From a virus, in the IMG/VR virus record IMGVR_UViG_3300020193_000004, positions 32,001 to 96,000 of that record: 64,000 bases of DNA. One strand, written 5' to 3'. The translations under genes were made by a program, and so were the position numbers. Every line of letters starts with the position of its first letter. Positions within the stretch are counted from its first letter, which is position 1. Shown here piece after piece: positions 28,701-37,438 of the stretch. The notes under the pieces are model-generated. The model was not told where the DNA came from and searched no databases. It saw only the letters and a program-made list of their open reading frames with translations.

Positions 28701-30274
28701 TTGCCGGTGTCGGTGGTCGCGGCGGTGGTCGAGAACAGGAGCGCGGTGTTGGCCGTGCCCGTGGACTTCACGGTAACAGACTGGTCTGCGCCGGCCTTCG
28801 TGGTCGTGAGCACGAGACGGTTGTCGACGGAGATGCTGATCGTGAGCTGGCCGAACTCGTCTGCGGCGGCCAGCAGATCCTTGAGCTCCGTGCGCGTGTA
28901 CGGGCCGCCGGCGAAGGTGTAGGTGACCTCCTCGCCCTCGACGCCGTCCTCAGTCACCTGGAAGATCAGCGTGAGGCTGGCCAGGCTCAGCGAGGCGGCG
29001 ATGGCGCCGGTGCTCTGCACGTAGGCCGAGCGGGACGCGAGCCCCTGGTTGGAACCGGTGAGCGTGGCGGCCTCGCCCTCGGGGGTGATCGAGCCGTACT
29101 CGAGCGCCTGCGCCCGGAAGTACGCGTACTTCGGCGCGAATGGGGTGCCGTGGTTCTCGGTGTTCACCTCGATGGTGTCGTAGACGCGGTTCGTGGGGTT
29201 CCCGTCGTCGTCGAACGTCGAGAGGCTGCTGTTGAGCTTGCCGATCTTGAACCGGCTGGCCTCGATCTTGGTGATCTCCCCGCTGCCGACCTGTGAGCCG
29301 TCGGCCCACATCTGGTCTCCGGGCTTCGCCGCCGTTGCTGCTGCGAGCGGCACCGTGGCGGACGTCCCGGTGTAGGTGACCGCGGCCGCCTTCGAGGTGT
29401 TGAAGGTCTCGTCGAGGTCGACCTGGCCTGCCCAGAGGAGGTTGGCGGTGGGAGCCGCGTCGAAGGAGAGCTGCTCGCTGTCGTCCTCGAAGTAGCCGCC
29501 ACGGTAGAACTCGAGCCACGGCGTGGTGAGGTCGCTGTCCTCGTCGTCCTGTCCGCGGAAGCCCGCGCCCTCGACGCGGTACTCCTTGGAGGCGTCGAAC
29601 GAGGCGCCGAAGAGGATGGTGAGGGCCGAGGTCCCGGCTCGGATGGTGATACTCGAGGTTGCGCCGAAGGTCGGCGAGGTGAGCTGCACCTTGTCCGAGC
29701 CGCTGACGTCGACCACCGTGGCGACCTCGGAACCGACGGCCTCGTTGATTGCCTCCGCGACCTCCTCTGCCGTCAGGGTCCCGACGAAGGTCACGGTGAT
29801 GTCGGAGGAGACGTTCACGGGGTTCACGACGTCGAAGGCGAACGTGAACGCGTCCCCCACGGTGGCGTCGAAGGCGAACGAGTCGCCGACAGAGGTGCGC
29901 AGCGCCGCGGCGCGGCACTTGTTCATCAGCTTGAGGAACGCCGAGCCGTACGAGTCGTTGCTGCCGCGGTCGAGCGTGCGGACACTCCCGCCGAAGTACA
30001 GCGAGACCCCGACGGTCTCCTCGTCGATGTTGAGCTCGTCGATGTTCTCGCGGGGGTCCGGGAAGTCCGCCTGCGGGATGAACATCGACGCTTGGTTGTA
30101 GCGTGCGTCGGGGTACTTCGCATCGCTGTTCAGCCCGCCGTCGCTGTCGAGGACCTCGATGATCTGACGACAGACGCCCATGACGAGAGGGACGAGGGCG
30201 GGAGACGAGGGCGTGGAAGAACTCGACGCGATTTCCTGCGTGATCTCGACACCGGGGCGGTTGCTGGATGCCAT
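25748..30274 (-). CDS. contractile tail sheath protein with large insertions (1508 aa)
   Basis: N-terminal RPGVEITQE, C-terminal YLAAAIAG...ELSI...D.V.I.V...PVYPCNKIKITI sheath pattern. Confidence 0.8.
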   Translation of the reverse strand: MASSNRPGVEITQEIASSSSTPSSPALVPLVMGVCRQIIEVLDSDGGLNSDAKYPDARYNQASMFIPQADFPDPRENIDELNIDEETVGVSLYFGGSVRTLDRGSNDSYGSAFLKLMNKCRAAALRTSVGDSFAFDATVGDAFTFAFDVVNPVNVSSDITVTFVGTLTAEEVAEAINEAVGSEVATVVDVSGSDKVQLTSPTFGATSSITIRAGTSALTILFGASFDASKEYRVEGAGFRGQDDEDSDLTTPWLEFYRGGYFEDDSEQLSFDAAPTANLLWAGQVDLDETFNTSKAAAVTYTGTSATVPLAAATAAKPGDQMWADGSQVGSGEITKIEASRFKIGKLNSSLSTFDDDGNPTNRVYDTIEVNTENHGTPFAPKYAYFRAQALEYGSITPEGEAATLTGSNQGLASRSAYVQSTGAIAASLSLASLTLIFQVTEDGVEGEEVTYTFAGGPYTRTELKDLLAAADEFGQLTISISVDNRLVLTTTKAGADQSVTVKSTGTANTALLFSTTAATTDTGKDVEFATQAALTSDFFALPMVDLTTKVYELTIEDSKGTHTVTTAAVSLATDAGTLAALTDKLCEAFGSTDGTLDPTIYDGGIPIATMTNSGGADTTGTITITTIEGGASVTLAITAVDETDGFRFLGFHDDTGDAPAQLDSVGGVTDFSGLGGILTVGATSGFDFSTTGVAGGNPAAVVISLSTGTGLTLNELAADLETQLEAAMVGAGAASGLVSVIFDFDDEQFEITVTGAASITIADRTGGTNLRDVLFDSGASDAQAVATWLGGTPSGITPADIVFTWSDDGGGTTTTITGTATYAMAGSADAEELTELLNAAANFNGITAAAKRLVEWFSADNDVVSVRTIDGGVVMELEAAALQAGFTAMGFDVDPAAYNDAGAANGTNADDGGADALKSTILIFNLDDNPYDYEITFATNSLQAAIDDINELVDGAEDVASEDTRKLVLTSLLAGAASKVAIDSTSTADTVFGITGTDEGAGRPDPDFYLDGDGAVHIGPNILRNRSSGIPFSLASALADVYIPYTALRKDVTASAEDPALLTFESTEILEASIGPISINNPLCLGVFLALANSPTQTISALGIDEESAAAPYGTLDGWSRAIEYIESKEVYAIAPLTADEYVQGLLSTHVQAMSAPEERGERILFIWAALPDRAVTVTVASGENGESNGTENSFTLDVNPASDLIENGIDPSDEISVDDNLYLELVVTTLGVSELRRYSVQEVNGVVIALRVTFADGENTDGFFTTETLDEELSAADWTLKIRGDRLYVTGTTIPDLAAEASAAASQAAAFAHRRVYYLACDSVDTSIDGVTQNVEGFYLAAAIAGMVAEQPPQQPFTNFPVAGFTRVYGTDDTYNGKQLDTIADAGRYVMVNLGGVPVARKQLSTDPTSIQTKELSITKAIDWLAKGLRATNRVFIGRSVITSGFLDQLTLCNEGFLDYAELLGVVRKAELTKLLQDTDAPDTVLIDVSVEPVYPCNKIKITIVS

Positions 30275-30276
30275 GT

Positions 30277-31071
30277 TCAGGCCTCGTCAGAGCTGTTGGA
30301 GGTGAAAACCGTCTCGAGGAGGACTTCAGCCTCTCGGAGGGTCTCGGGAGGTGAGCCGATCCGACGTACCACGACGGGCGCCGAAGACATCGCCAACTGT
30401 ACCTTCTCCAGCACGCTGGGGGAAGAGTAGAGGTAGTCCGAGGCGCGTCGTTCCTGGTTGATCATGTCGATCGACCGAGCACTTGCGGGAGCAGTGGGCT
30501 CTTCTGCCCATGTCCACTGGAACGAGAACGGGAGGTTGACCTGCACCATGAAGAGCCCGGTCGGGTCGCCGTGGATCAGTGCCCCCGGTGGGCTCGGGGA
30601 GTTCTGCGAGGCCGCCGGGCGCGCTATCTGATGGAACCCACCAGAGCCTTCGAGGAGGCGGCGGTTGGCGTACGTCCCGTGCACGACCAGGTGTGCCAGC
30701 CACTGCGCGACGACGTCGTTCTCGGCCAGGCAGTACACCACGAAGTGGCCGGAGATCAGGTCCGCGTGGACCCGCCGCCCGGTGGTGAGGTTCATGTACA
30801 TCAGCTGGTCGATACCGAGCCCCTGGTACTGGACAGGGCCCATGACGACGGTCACCGCAGGCTTCTTGCCCACCGTCTTCATGTCGAGCGGGGCCTCGGC
30901 GCGGATGATCACTTCCGTCCGCTCGGCATCCGGCTCCCAGTGGAACTTCCCCTCTGCGTTGAAGTTGAAGAGTCCCTGCAGGAACCGGACGAAGAGCTTC
31001 TGCGCATAGAGCAACGGGTTGTCCCCGCGCTCCAACGAGACGCGTCGCGAGCGGGTGGCAACCTCACTCAC
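30277..31071 (-). CDS. putative tail terminator/completion protein
   Basis: Immediately upstream of sheath; KKPAVTVV motif; GTG start overlapping upstream gene. Confidence 0.5.
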   Translation of the reverse strand: MSEVATRSRRVSLERGDNPLLYAQKLFVRFLQGLFNFNAEGKFHWEPDAERTEVIIRAEAPLDMKTVGKKPAVTVVMGPVQYQGLGIDQLMYMNLTTGRRVHADLISGHFVVYCLAENDVVAQWLAHLVVHGTYANRRLLEGSGGFHQIARPAASQNSPSPPGALIHGDPTGLFMVQVNLPFSFQWTWAEEPTAPASARSIDMINQERRASDYLYSSPSVLEKVQLAMSSAPVVVRRIGSPPETLREAEVLLETVFTSNSSDEA

Positions 31072-31495
31072 GGGACAGCTCCAGGAGGGCTTGGTGGTAC
31101 ACGTCGTAGATGGAGGCGACCTTCTCAGACCCAGCAGCCTTGCGCTCCTTCTCCAGTCGAGAGACCTCCTCTGCGATACGGACTTGACCGGCCATGTGCG
31201 CGAGTCCAGCGCTGACGGTGGCCACGGAGCCGAGAGCCCCCACGGCCTGTGTGATGGCCCGACGCTGAACGTCCGGGTGGAGCCGCGCGAAGCGCGCACC
31301 GAACCGGGAACGGGCGAGGGCGTCGGCGACCGGTACCCCTGCGTAGTACCCGAGCGCGTGTGCAGCCGCGATTCCGCCCATGTTCGCCAGGACGAACCCC
31401 CAGGGGTACGACGATGGGGGCGTACGCGCAGCCTGCTCCTGGTACTCCTGGTACCCGGGCTGCTTCTTCATCTCGGCGACAGGGTCACGCATCAT
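31064..31495 (-). CDS. two-TM KxA-motif protein
   Basis: Two hydrophobic segments; C-terminal EKVASIYDVY. Confidence 0.55.
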   Translation of the reverse strand: MMRDPVAEMKKQPGYQEYQEQAARTPPSSYPWGFVLANMGGIAAAHALGYYAGVPVADALARSRFGARFARLHPDVQRRAITQAVGALGSVATVSAGLAHMAGQVRIAEEVSRLEKERKAAGSEKVASIYDVYHQALLELSRE

Positions 31496-32378
31496 CGCGG
31501 TATCCGTACCGACCGAGTAGCCGATCCAGCTCGTCCGCGGGAGTCGAACTCGCTGCCTCGATCGTGTGTGGGTTCGTGTAGTTGCGCGACGCCGCGTGCG
31601 TGACCTCCCGGTGGTCGACCTGCAACGGAATCGCCGCCTCGATCGCACTGGGAGACAGCTGCACAGCCTGCGCCTCCTGATGCACCGAGACCCCGAGGCG
31701 GGTGGTGGCGGAGACGCTGAGCACTCGGAAACGCTGGTTCCGGTGGTCGATGATCAAGGACAGCGGGGTGATGCGCGGCGACGCCGTGGTGCGCAGGGTC
31801 AGCGTGTTCTGCTGATAGTGGTCGTACGTGGACGAGATCTCGACGGTCGGGTTCCGGTCGAACTGGATGAAGCACTCGACGGGGTAGTGGTAACCCCCCG
31901 AGAACCCAGTCCCCCAGCACACCGTGCAGGAGTCGTCCAGGCGCTTTGCGAGGGCGTCGTCCCAGCACTGCGGACAGCGCTGCCCGAAGGTGCGCCGCGG
32001 GAAGAGCCATGCCCGTGTACCGGCGAACTCGGTGAAGAGGAGATGCTCCAGACTGACGATCTCGGCGCCGATGAGGTCCAGTTCCCCCTCACGATCGGCA
32101 ACCCCGGACACGACCTCGACGCTGCGCAGCGTGTTCGCGGCCCGGATGCGGTAGATGAGCACGCGGTTGAACGCGAACTGCGGAGTCGAGTTGTCCCGCA
32201 CGTAGTAGCGGTCGATGATCGGCCCGGCGATCACATCCCACGGCCCGGCCTCGGACTCAGACCGCTCGACGAAGAACTCCCACTCCTGCATGTCGTCGTG
32301 GGTGGGCGCGATCTCCCAGTCCACGTCGAGGTACCGGCGGTCGAACCCCGTGACACGGACCTGCGTGATGGAGATCAT
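31485..32378 (-). CDS. putative neck/head-closure protein with FN3-like N-terminus and Zn finger
   Basis: W...F.VERSES..GPW; GQRCPQCWD...CTVCWGTGFSGGY; position between adaptor and terminator. Confidence 0.55.
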   Translation of the reverse strand: MISITQVRVTGFDRRYLDVDWEIAPTHDDMQEWEFFVERSESEAGPWDVIAGPIIDRYYVRDNSTPQFAFNRVLIYRIRAANTLRSVEVVSGVADREGELDLIGAEIVSLEHLLFTEFAGTRAWLFPRRTFGQRCPQCWDDALAKRLDDSCTVCWGTGFSGGYHYPVECFIQFDRNPTVEISSTYDHYQQNTLTLRTTASPRITPLSLIIDHRNQRFRVLSVSATTRLGVSVHQEAQAVQLSPSAIEAAIPLQVDHREVTHAASRNYTNPHTIEAASSTPADELDRLLGRYGYRDDA

Positions 32379-33238
32379 CGCAGCACGCGCGGTACGACTC
32401 CGGCTGCGGCCAACCCCGCGAGAATCCCGTAAGGCAGTGCCGCCACCGCTGCCGAGCGCCGAGGGTTCTCGCTGCCCTCCGCGGCAAGCTCTGCCCGCAT
32501 GTCATGGTACTTCGTCTTCAGCCGCTGGATGGCCGTGTCCTTGCTGTGCGCTGCGTGGACCTGGTGAGCTGCGCGAGCTGCCTCTTCCTTGATCTCACGA
32601 GACGACTTGCCGCTCTCACCTCGCGTGAGCTTGCTCTTCTCGTAGAGGTACCCACCAGCGGCCGCCGGTACACCCAGGAGCACCGCGCCGATGGCCGGAG
32701 CTGCAGCGGGGTGCGCACGCACGTACTCGCGAATGGCTGCACCAGCAGCCGAAGCAGCCTTGTTCTGGCCTGAGCCGCGTACAGCAAGCCCAGCGGCTCC
32801 GCCCACAGTACCCACACCAGCTCCGACTGCGCCGTGCTGAAGACCAGACACAAGGGTCCCTGCGTCGCGCAGCTCCTGTGGGTGCGCGACGCGCCCATGC
32901 TGCTTCGCGAACGCCTCGGCCGCATCACCCACCACACTCCGGGTCCTACGAGCGATCGAGGGTGCAGCGAGGTGGCCAACCGCAGCACCACCAAGTCCGC
33001 CGACGCCGGCGCCGATAGCCGCACCCTTCAGACGGTTGCCCTTCCCAGCAGTCAGGGCACCGACGCCGGCACCGACGCCGGCACCGACAAGCCCCCCGAC
33101 TACCGAGGCACGCTTCTCCATCGCCTCCTTGGCGATCTCGAACGCGGCTGCCTGCTTCCGCCCGGTGAGCTCCATCCAGAGGTCAGCGGCGGCAGCCTGC
33201 CGGGCCGCGGATGTGCGGACGTCCCAGTGCGGTTCCAT
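32375..33238 (-). CDS. glycine-zipper multi-TM KxA-motif protein (287 aa)
   Basis: EKRA / NKAA sites; GGLVGAGVGAGVGA, GAAIGAGVGGLGG zippers. Confidence 0.65.
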   Translation of the reverse strand: MEPHWDVRTSAARQAAAADLWMELTGRKQAAAFEIAKEAMEKRASVVGGLVGAGVGAGVGALTAGKGNRLKGAAIGAGVGGLGGAAVGHLAAPSIARRTRSVVGDAAEAFAKQHGRVAHPQELRDAGTLVSGLQHGAVGAGVGTVGGAAGLAVRGSGQNKAASAAGAAIREYVRAHPAAAPAIGAVLLGVPAAAGGYLYEKSKLTRGESGKSSREIKEEAARAAHQVHAAHSKDTAIQRLKTKYHDMRAELAAEGSENPRRSAAVAALPYGILAGLAAAGVVPRVLR

Positions 33239-33729
33239 CACATCAACCCGTTGAGGTAGACGCCGTTGATGACGAAGTACTCCGAAGTCGCGCCGATCCC
33301 GTCCATGGCTGCCTCCACGTTCATCGAGGACTTCATCCTGACCTTCTTGTCCTCGTAACCGGACTTGAGCATGCTCACCCACTGCATGATCATCGGCGCC
33401 TTGTCGTTCACGGAGACGGAGATCCCGCCGTCGCTAAACGAGATATGGTTCCGCATCTGCAGCATGGCGATGCTCTCCAGGAGGGAGATCGCGGCCGCCC
33501 GGCACAGCAGGTGCTTCGAGGGGAAGTTGTCGATGGTGGTCGTACCCAGGAAGGGTGGCGTCGTGTTCCAGTCATCGAGCGCGTCGACGATGGCCCACGC
33601 GATCATGCGGGGCGAGCTCTCATAGCCCTGCGTCAGTCGGTTCAACTCCGGGTAGTCGCGCATGTACTGGCGCACGTACGCGATCATCTCGTTCATCCGC
33701 GCCGACGCTGATGGGAGAGCAGTAGCCAC
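33238..33729 (-). CDS. putative head-tail adaptor protein
   Basis: Helical, VRQYMRDYPELNRL...QMRNHISFSDGGISVS; downstream of capsid. Confidence 0.6.
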   Translation of the reverse strand: MATALPSASARMNEMIAYVRQYMRDYPELNRLTQGYESSPRMIAWAIVDALDDWNTTPPFLGTTTIDNFPSKHLLCRAAAISLLESIAMLQMRNHISFSDGGISVSVNDKAPMIMQWVSMLKSGYEDKKVRMKSSMNVEAAMDGIGATSEYFVINGVYLNGLM

Positions 33730-33732
33730 AGG

Positions 33733-34215
33733 TCACTCCGTCGGGATGAAGCCGCCACGGGTACGCGTCCAGCGCCCCAGCCAGAAGAACGCCTCGGGGT
33801 CGAGCTCGCGACCCTCCTGGAACAGCGCGCGGCTCAGTCGCATGACCGCCGCCGCCTTGGAGGCAGGCACGCTGATCGACGGCAGGGCCCGAGTGGCCAG
33901 GTTCTGTACCTGCTCGAGCGTGAGGTCGTTCAGGTAGACGCGTACCTGCTCGAGGGTGAGCGCGGTGGGGGCCGTGGCCTCCGCCTGCTCACGTGCGGCG
34001 CGCAGCCCCGCCTTGCTCGTGCGCGTAAAACGAGCAGGCAGGTCACCGATCCAGAGGAGGGTGCCGTGCATCTCGCGGTGCTTCGCGCCAATGGTGGAGG
34101 AGTCCACCTCGACGAACTGCCCCGGGCGTACACTCTGCCCGCCGATCTTGACCGCGACACCCTCACCGGGGGTGTTCGGCCGGTCGGAGACGTTGTGAAC
34201 GAGGATCTTGCCCAT
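33733..34215 (-). CDS. hypothetical head-region protein
   Basis: GGAGG RBS, TGATG coupling; helix-extension-helix-like C-terminus. Confidence 0.6.
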   Translation of the reverse strand: MGKILVHNVSDRPNTPGEGVAVKIGGQSVRPGQFVEVDSSTIGAKHREMHGTLLWIGDLPARFTRTSKAGLRAAREQAEATAPTALTLEQVRVYLNDLTLEQVQNLATRALPSISVPASKAAAVMRLSRALFQEGRELDPEAFFWLGRWTRTRGGFIPTE

Positions 34216-34919
34216 CAGACCTCCTCGGTCCGCAGGAGAGCGACCGCGCGGTTGGCGATGACCGGGTCGGGGTCACCGGAGAGGCACTCGTTGACCTCCT
34301 CGATGAGCGTGGCCTTGTTCTTACCCAGCCACGGCTTCTCGAAGAGCGCGAGGACGCCGCCCAGCACCTTGTTCTTGGCATCGCGCACCAGCTCGTCGAT
34401 GTCGAGCGGGAGCGTGAAGGTCTCGTTGTCGGCCACCGGGGGTGCCTTGGGATCGGTGTGCTCCTCGGCCACGGGGTCCAGGAACGCTTCGACCGGGGGC
34501 GGTGCCTCCTCCTCGGGGGTGACATCGCCCTCAGGGGAGACCACCGACCCCTCCGCGCCCCCCAGTGGAACTGCAGGGCTGGTGTCGGCGGGAGGAGTCG
34601 GCGGTTCGGCTGCTACGGCCTGCGCTGCTGCATCACCCTCGGGACCCGGGGTGATGCCCAGGCGCACGCGCAGCTCGGCGAAGTCCACCGACTGGCGAGA
34701 GGACCCGAACTCGCGGACCTCGATGTTGCCGATGCTGACCAGATACTCCAGCTGGTCGACGATCGCCGGCAGCAGCAGATCGACAGGCATCACGCGGCGG
34801 CCGCGGGGAGGGAGGGGCTGCCCGGCGATCGTCGGCCGCTGGAGTACCTTGCCCGGGAACCTGGCGCGCAGACGCGCCGTACCAGGGTCCATGACCGTGT
34901 TGATGACGAGAAGGCGCAT
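34215..34919 (-). CDS. hypothetical head-region protein with acidic Pro-rich linker
   Basis: AGGAG RBS; follows capsid terminator. Confidence 0.6.
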   Translation of the reverse strand: MRLLVINTVMDPGTARLRARFPGKVLQRPTIAGQPLPPRGRRVMPVDLLLPAIVDQLEYLVSIGNIEVREFGSSRQSVDFAELRVRLGITPGPEGDAAAQAVAAEPPTPPADTSPAVPLGGAEGSVVSPEGDVTPEEEAPPPVEAFLDPVAEEHTDPKAPPVADNETFTLPLDIDELVRDAKNKVLGGVLALFEKPWLGKNKATLIEEVNECLSGDPDPVIANRAVALLRTEEV

Positions 34920-34931
34920 GTGCAGCTCCTG

Positions 34932-34968
34932 AAACAGGTCGGCCCCGATCTTGTGGACCGGGGCCGAC
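34932..34968 (-). terminator. intrinsic terminator after major capsid gene
   Basis: GTCGGCCCCG...CGGGGCCGAC stem followed by CTGTTTC on - strand. Confidence 0.65.
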
Positions 34969-35007
34969 AGAGGGTGGGAGGCCCGTGGACCTGTCGGCCC
35001 GCGAGTC

Positions 35008-36171
35008 TCAGAAGAGCGAGATGTGCGGGAAGGTCAGGCCCTCGGCGACCTTATTATTCACGCCGCCCATGTCCTCGATCTCGACCGGGATGCCGGCCGC
35101 GTAGCCGGAGTCGGTGTCGCCCGCGGTGACGGACCCGGAGTAGAGCTCGAGCTTCACCACCGAGGCGATGTTCGCGATGCCCAGCCCGATGTCCATCCAG
35201 GCCTGCCAGTAGATCCGGTTCGCGATCTTGTCGATGTAGAACTTCACGTCGTTGAGCGTGTAGTTCCGGCCGAAGTACTGGGCGCTGGTGAAGACGTAGA
35301 CGTTGCCCTCGCGGAGCAGGTCGTTCTTGATCGTCTTCACGATGCGCAGGCCGACGGCCTTGTTGTACGACCAGCCGTTCACCGCGGTCTCGCTCTGGAG
35401 CCGTGAGCCCAGGTCCTCGTGGGTCCAGGAGTCGAACTCGTCGATGTCCGACTCGCAGGCCAGCATGACCTCGGGACGCAAGCGGCCCTGGCGGACCACG
35501 TTGCCCGAACCGTCGGTGATCACGCGCTTCAGGAGGCGCTTGATCTTGACGATGTCGGGGCGCTGGATCGCCTTGACCACGAAGTTGTCCGAGGCCTGCT
35601 GCAGGGCGAGCGAGCCCTTGACCTTCGAGACCTCGAGGCAGGTGCCGGCATTTACGTTCGTGGTGTTGAAGCCGACCACGGAGCCATTGGCCTCCTCCTG
35701 CATCGCCTCGACCGCGGTCTCGGTGTGCACGAGGAAGTTGCGGTCCTTGACCTCGACCATGTCCTTGAGGCTGTTCTCCTCGATGATGCGCGTCACCGGC
35801 ATTTCGTAGGCCATCAGCTCTTGCTCCACAATCTCGAACTTGAGGCTCGAGACAGTGAAGAAGCCGATCGCGAAGCGCTTGCCGGTGACGTACTGGGCGT
35901 CGGGCTGGCCGCGGAAGGTGAACGCCATCGCGCGGGACCCGGGCTCGATGTCCACGATCTTCACGAGGGTGTCGTGCTCGACCGACCGCTGCAGATCGCC
36001 GCGCACGACGCGCTCGTTCGGGACGATCATGTCCGTGAAGCTGGCCTCACGGATACGATCTCGGATGAAGTTGAGGGACTCGGCCGCGGTCTTAGTGGTG
36101 CCGTCGGTCTCGAGCCGCTCGACGAACCCTGCGTTGAGATCCCGGGCGCTGCTGCCGTCGATCGTGTTCAT
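35008..36171 (-). CDS. major capsid protein (HK97-fold, inferred)
   Basis: 387 aa; downstream of protease/scaffold/decoration genes, followed by terminator; highly biased codons; KTA at residues 27-29. Confidence 0.8.
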   Translation of the reverse strand: MNTIDGSSARDLNAGFVERLETDGTTKTAAESLNFIRDRIREASFTDMIVPNERVVRGDLQRSVEHDTLVKIVDIEPGSRAMAFTFRGQPDAQYVTGKRFAIGFFTVSSLKFEIVEQELMAYEMPVTRIIEENSLKDMVEVKDRNFLVHTETAVEAMQEEANGSVVGFNTTNVNAGTCLEVSKVKGSLALQQASDNFVVKAIQRPDIVKIKRLLKRVITDGSGNVVRQGRLRPEVMLACESDIDEFDSWTHEDLGSRLQSETAVNGWSYNKAVGLRIVKTIKNDLLREGNVYVFTSAQYFGRNYTLNDVKFYIDKIANRIYWQAWMDIGLGIANIASVVKLELYSGSVTAGDTDSGYAAGIPVEIEDMGGVNNKVAEGLTFPHISLF

Positions 36172-36222
36172 GACAGATCCTTGAGAAGGTGGGTGGAGTA
36201 GGAGAGGGGGTACCCGGGACGC

Positions 36223-36747
36223 CTACTGGAGCCCGTAGATGACGCTGATATCGTCCGTGCCGTAGATGCGTGAGACGCGCCCCACGACCCAGCCGGCGCT
36301 GAAGACGGCGAGGGCGCGGCGGACCTTGCCCCAGGCGTTGCTGCCGCCGTCCCAGTCCCACACGGAGACCTTGCTGTTCACCGAGAGGCCGGACGAGCGA
36401 CAGATCTTAGTGCGGAACTCGAAGCCGAGGGGACCGCGGATGCAGTGCGCCTGCTGCGACATCTGCGCGTCGTAACGCCCCTCCTCGAGGAAGTACATGA
36501 AGGCGGGGTTGGTGCCCTCGCCGTCCGGCGTGCCCTCCACGGCCACGGCATTGTTGCCACCTCGGGTGTACTTGGCGGAGGACCCGCTCGAGACGAGCTC
36601 GAGGAACTCGCCCTCGACGAGGGCGCGGGTGTCGCTGGGGTCGAACGGGTTCACGCCCGACTCGCCGGACCCTGCCGTGTAGGGCAGATCCCGGGTGACG
36701 AGAAGGCTGTAACCCGGGTTCAGGATGGTGACGTACTTGCCGGCCAT
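36223..36747 (-). CDS. putative capsid decoration protein
   Basis: 174 aa beta-rich protein immediately upstream of MCP. Confidence 0.6.
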   Translation of the reverse strand: MAGKYVTILNPGYSLLVTRDLPYTAGSGESGVNPFDPSDTRALVEGEFLELVSSGSSAKYTRGGNNAVAVEGTPDGEGTNPAFMYFLEEGRYDAQMSQQAHCIRGPLGFEFRTKICRSSGLSVNSKVSVWDWDGGSNAWGKVRRALAVFSAGWVVGRVSRIYGTDDISVIYGLQ

Positions 36748-36821
36748 GATGTGATTCCTCTGGAGGGAGATTCTGCCCTTGCGATGCGCGAAGGGTCAAG
36801 TGGGTTGGAGAAGGAGAGCCT

Positions 36822-37205
36822 CTACGAGGAGTGGCCCGTGAGACAGAACGCCTCGAAAGAGGACGTGCTGACATCGGTATCGGACCGCGGGGCTCCCTCC
36901 TCGACCTTGGCCAGGTCGAGCTTGCCGCCACCGGCGAGCTTGATGGACTCGCGGACGATGCCGAGGTCGCTATATCGAGAAACCGAGGCGACCTTCTCCT
37001 CGAAGGTCAGCTCGGGGGACAGTCCACGGGACTCCATCTCCCGAGCCAGGGCCCGCACCTCGTCCGCGCGCGCGTAGCTGGCGACCTTCGCGCGCAGCTG
37101 GACGTTCTCGGCCTCGGTGCTTGCGAGCTTCGTCGCGAGCTGGCGCAGGGTCGCGGCCGACTGTGCGGCGACGGCGGCGACGCCGTCATTCATGTTGGTG
37201 CTCAT
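36822..37205 (-). CDS. scaffold-like coiled-coil protein
   Basis: Coiled coil; four KxA sites (KLA, KVA, KVA, KLA). Confidence 0.55.
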   Translation of the reverse strand: MSTNMNDGVAAVAAQSAATLRQLATKLASTEAENVQLRAKVASYARADEVRALAREMESRGLSPELTFEEKVASVSRYSDLGIVRESIKLAGGGKLDLAKVEEGAPRSDTDVSTSSFEAFCLTGHSS

Positions 37206-37438
37206 GGAGTGGCGTCCTTCGGAGGGGTGGGGGATGCGGAACCGTTCTCGAGGCTGGAGGGGGCACGGCGACGGAGGAACTCGCCCACGCGACGCAGTCG
37301 CGCCTCCTCACTGGTCTCGGCAGATCGGTCGTCGACAGTGGCGGTCTTGGGAAAGGTCGCACATGCCTTGAACGCACGCGCACGCGTATCCTCGGACACG
37401 GAGGCACGCTTCTCGATCATGGCGACCAGTTCGCGCAT
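37202..37438 (-). CDS. small KxA-motif protein
   Basis: EKRA, PKTA; coupled to both neighbours. Confidence 0.5.
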   Translation of the reverse strand: MRELVAMIEKRASVSEDTRARAFKACATFPKTATVDDRSAETSEEARLRRVGEFLRRRAPSSLENGSASPTPPKDATP

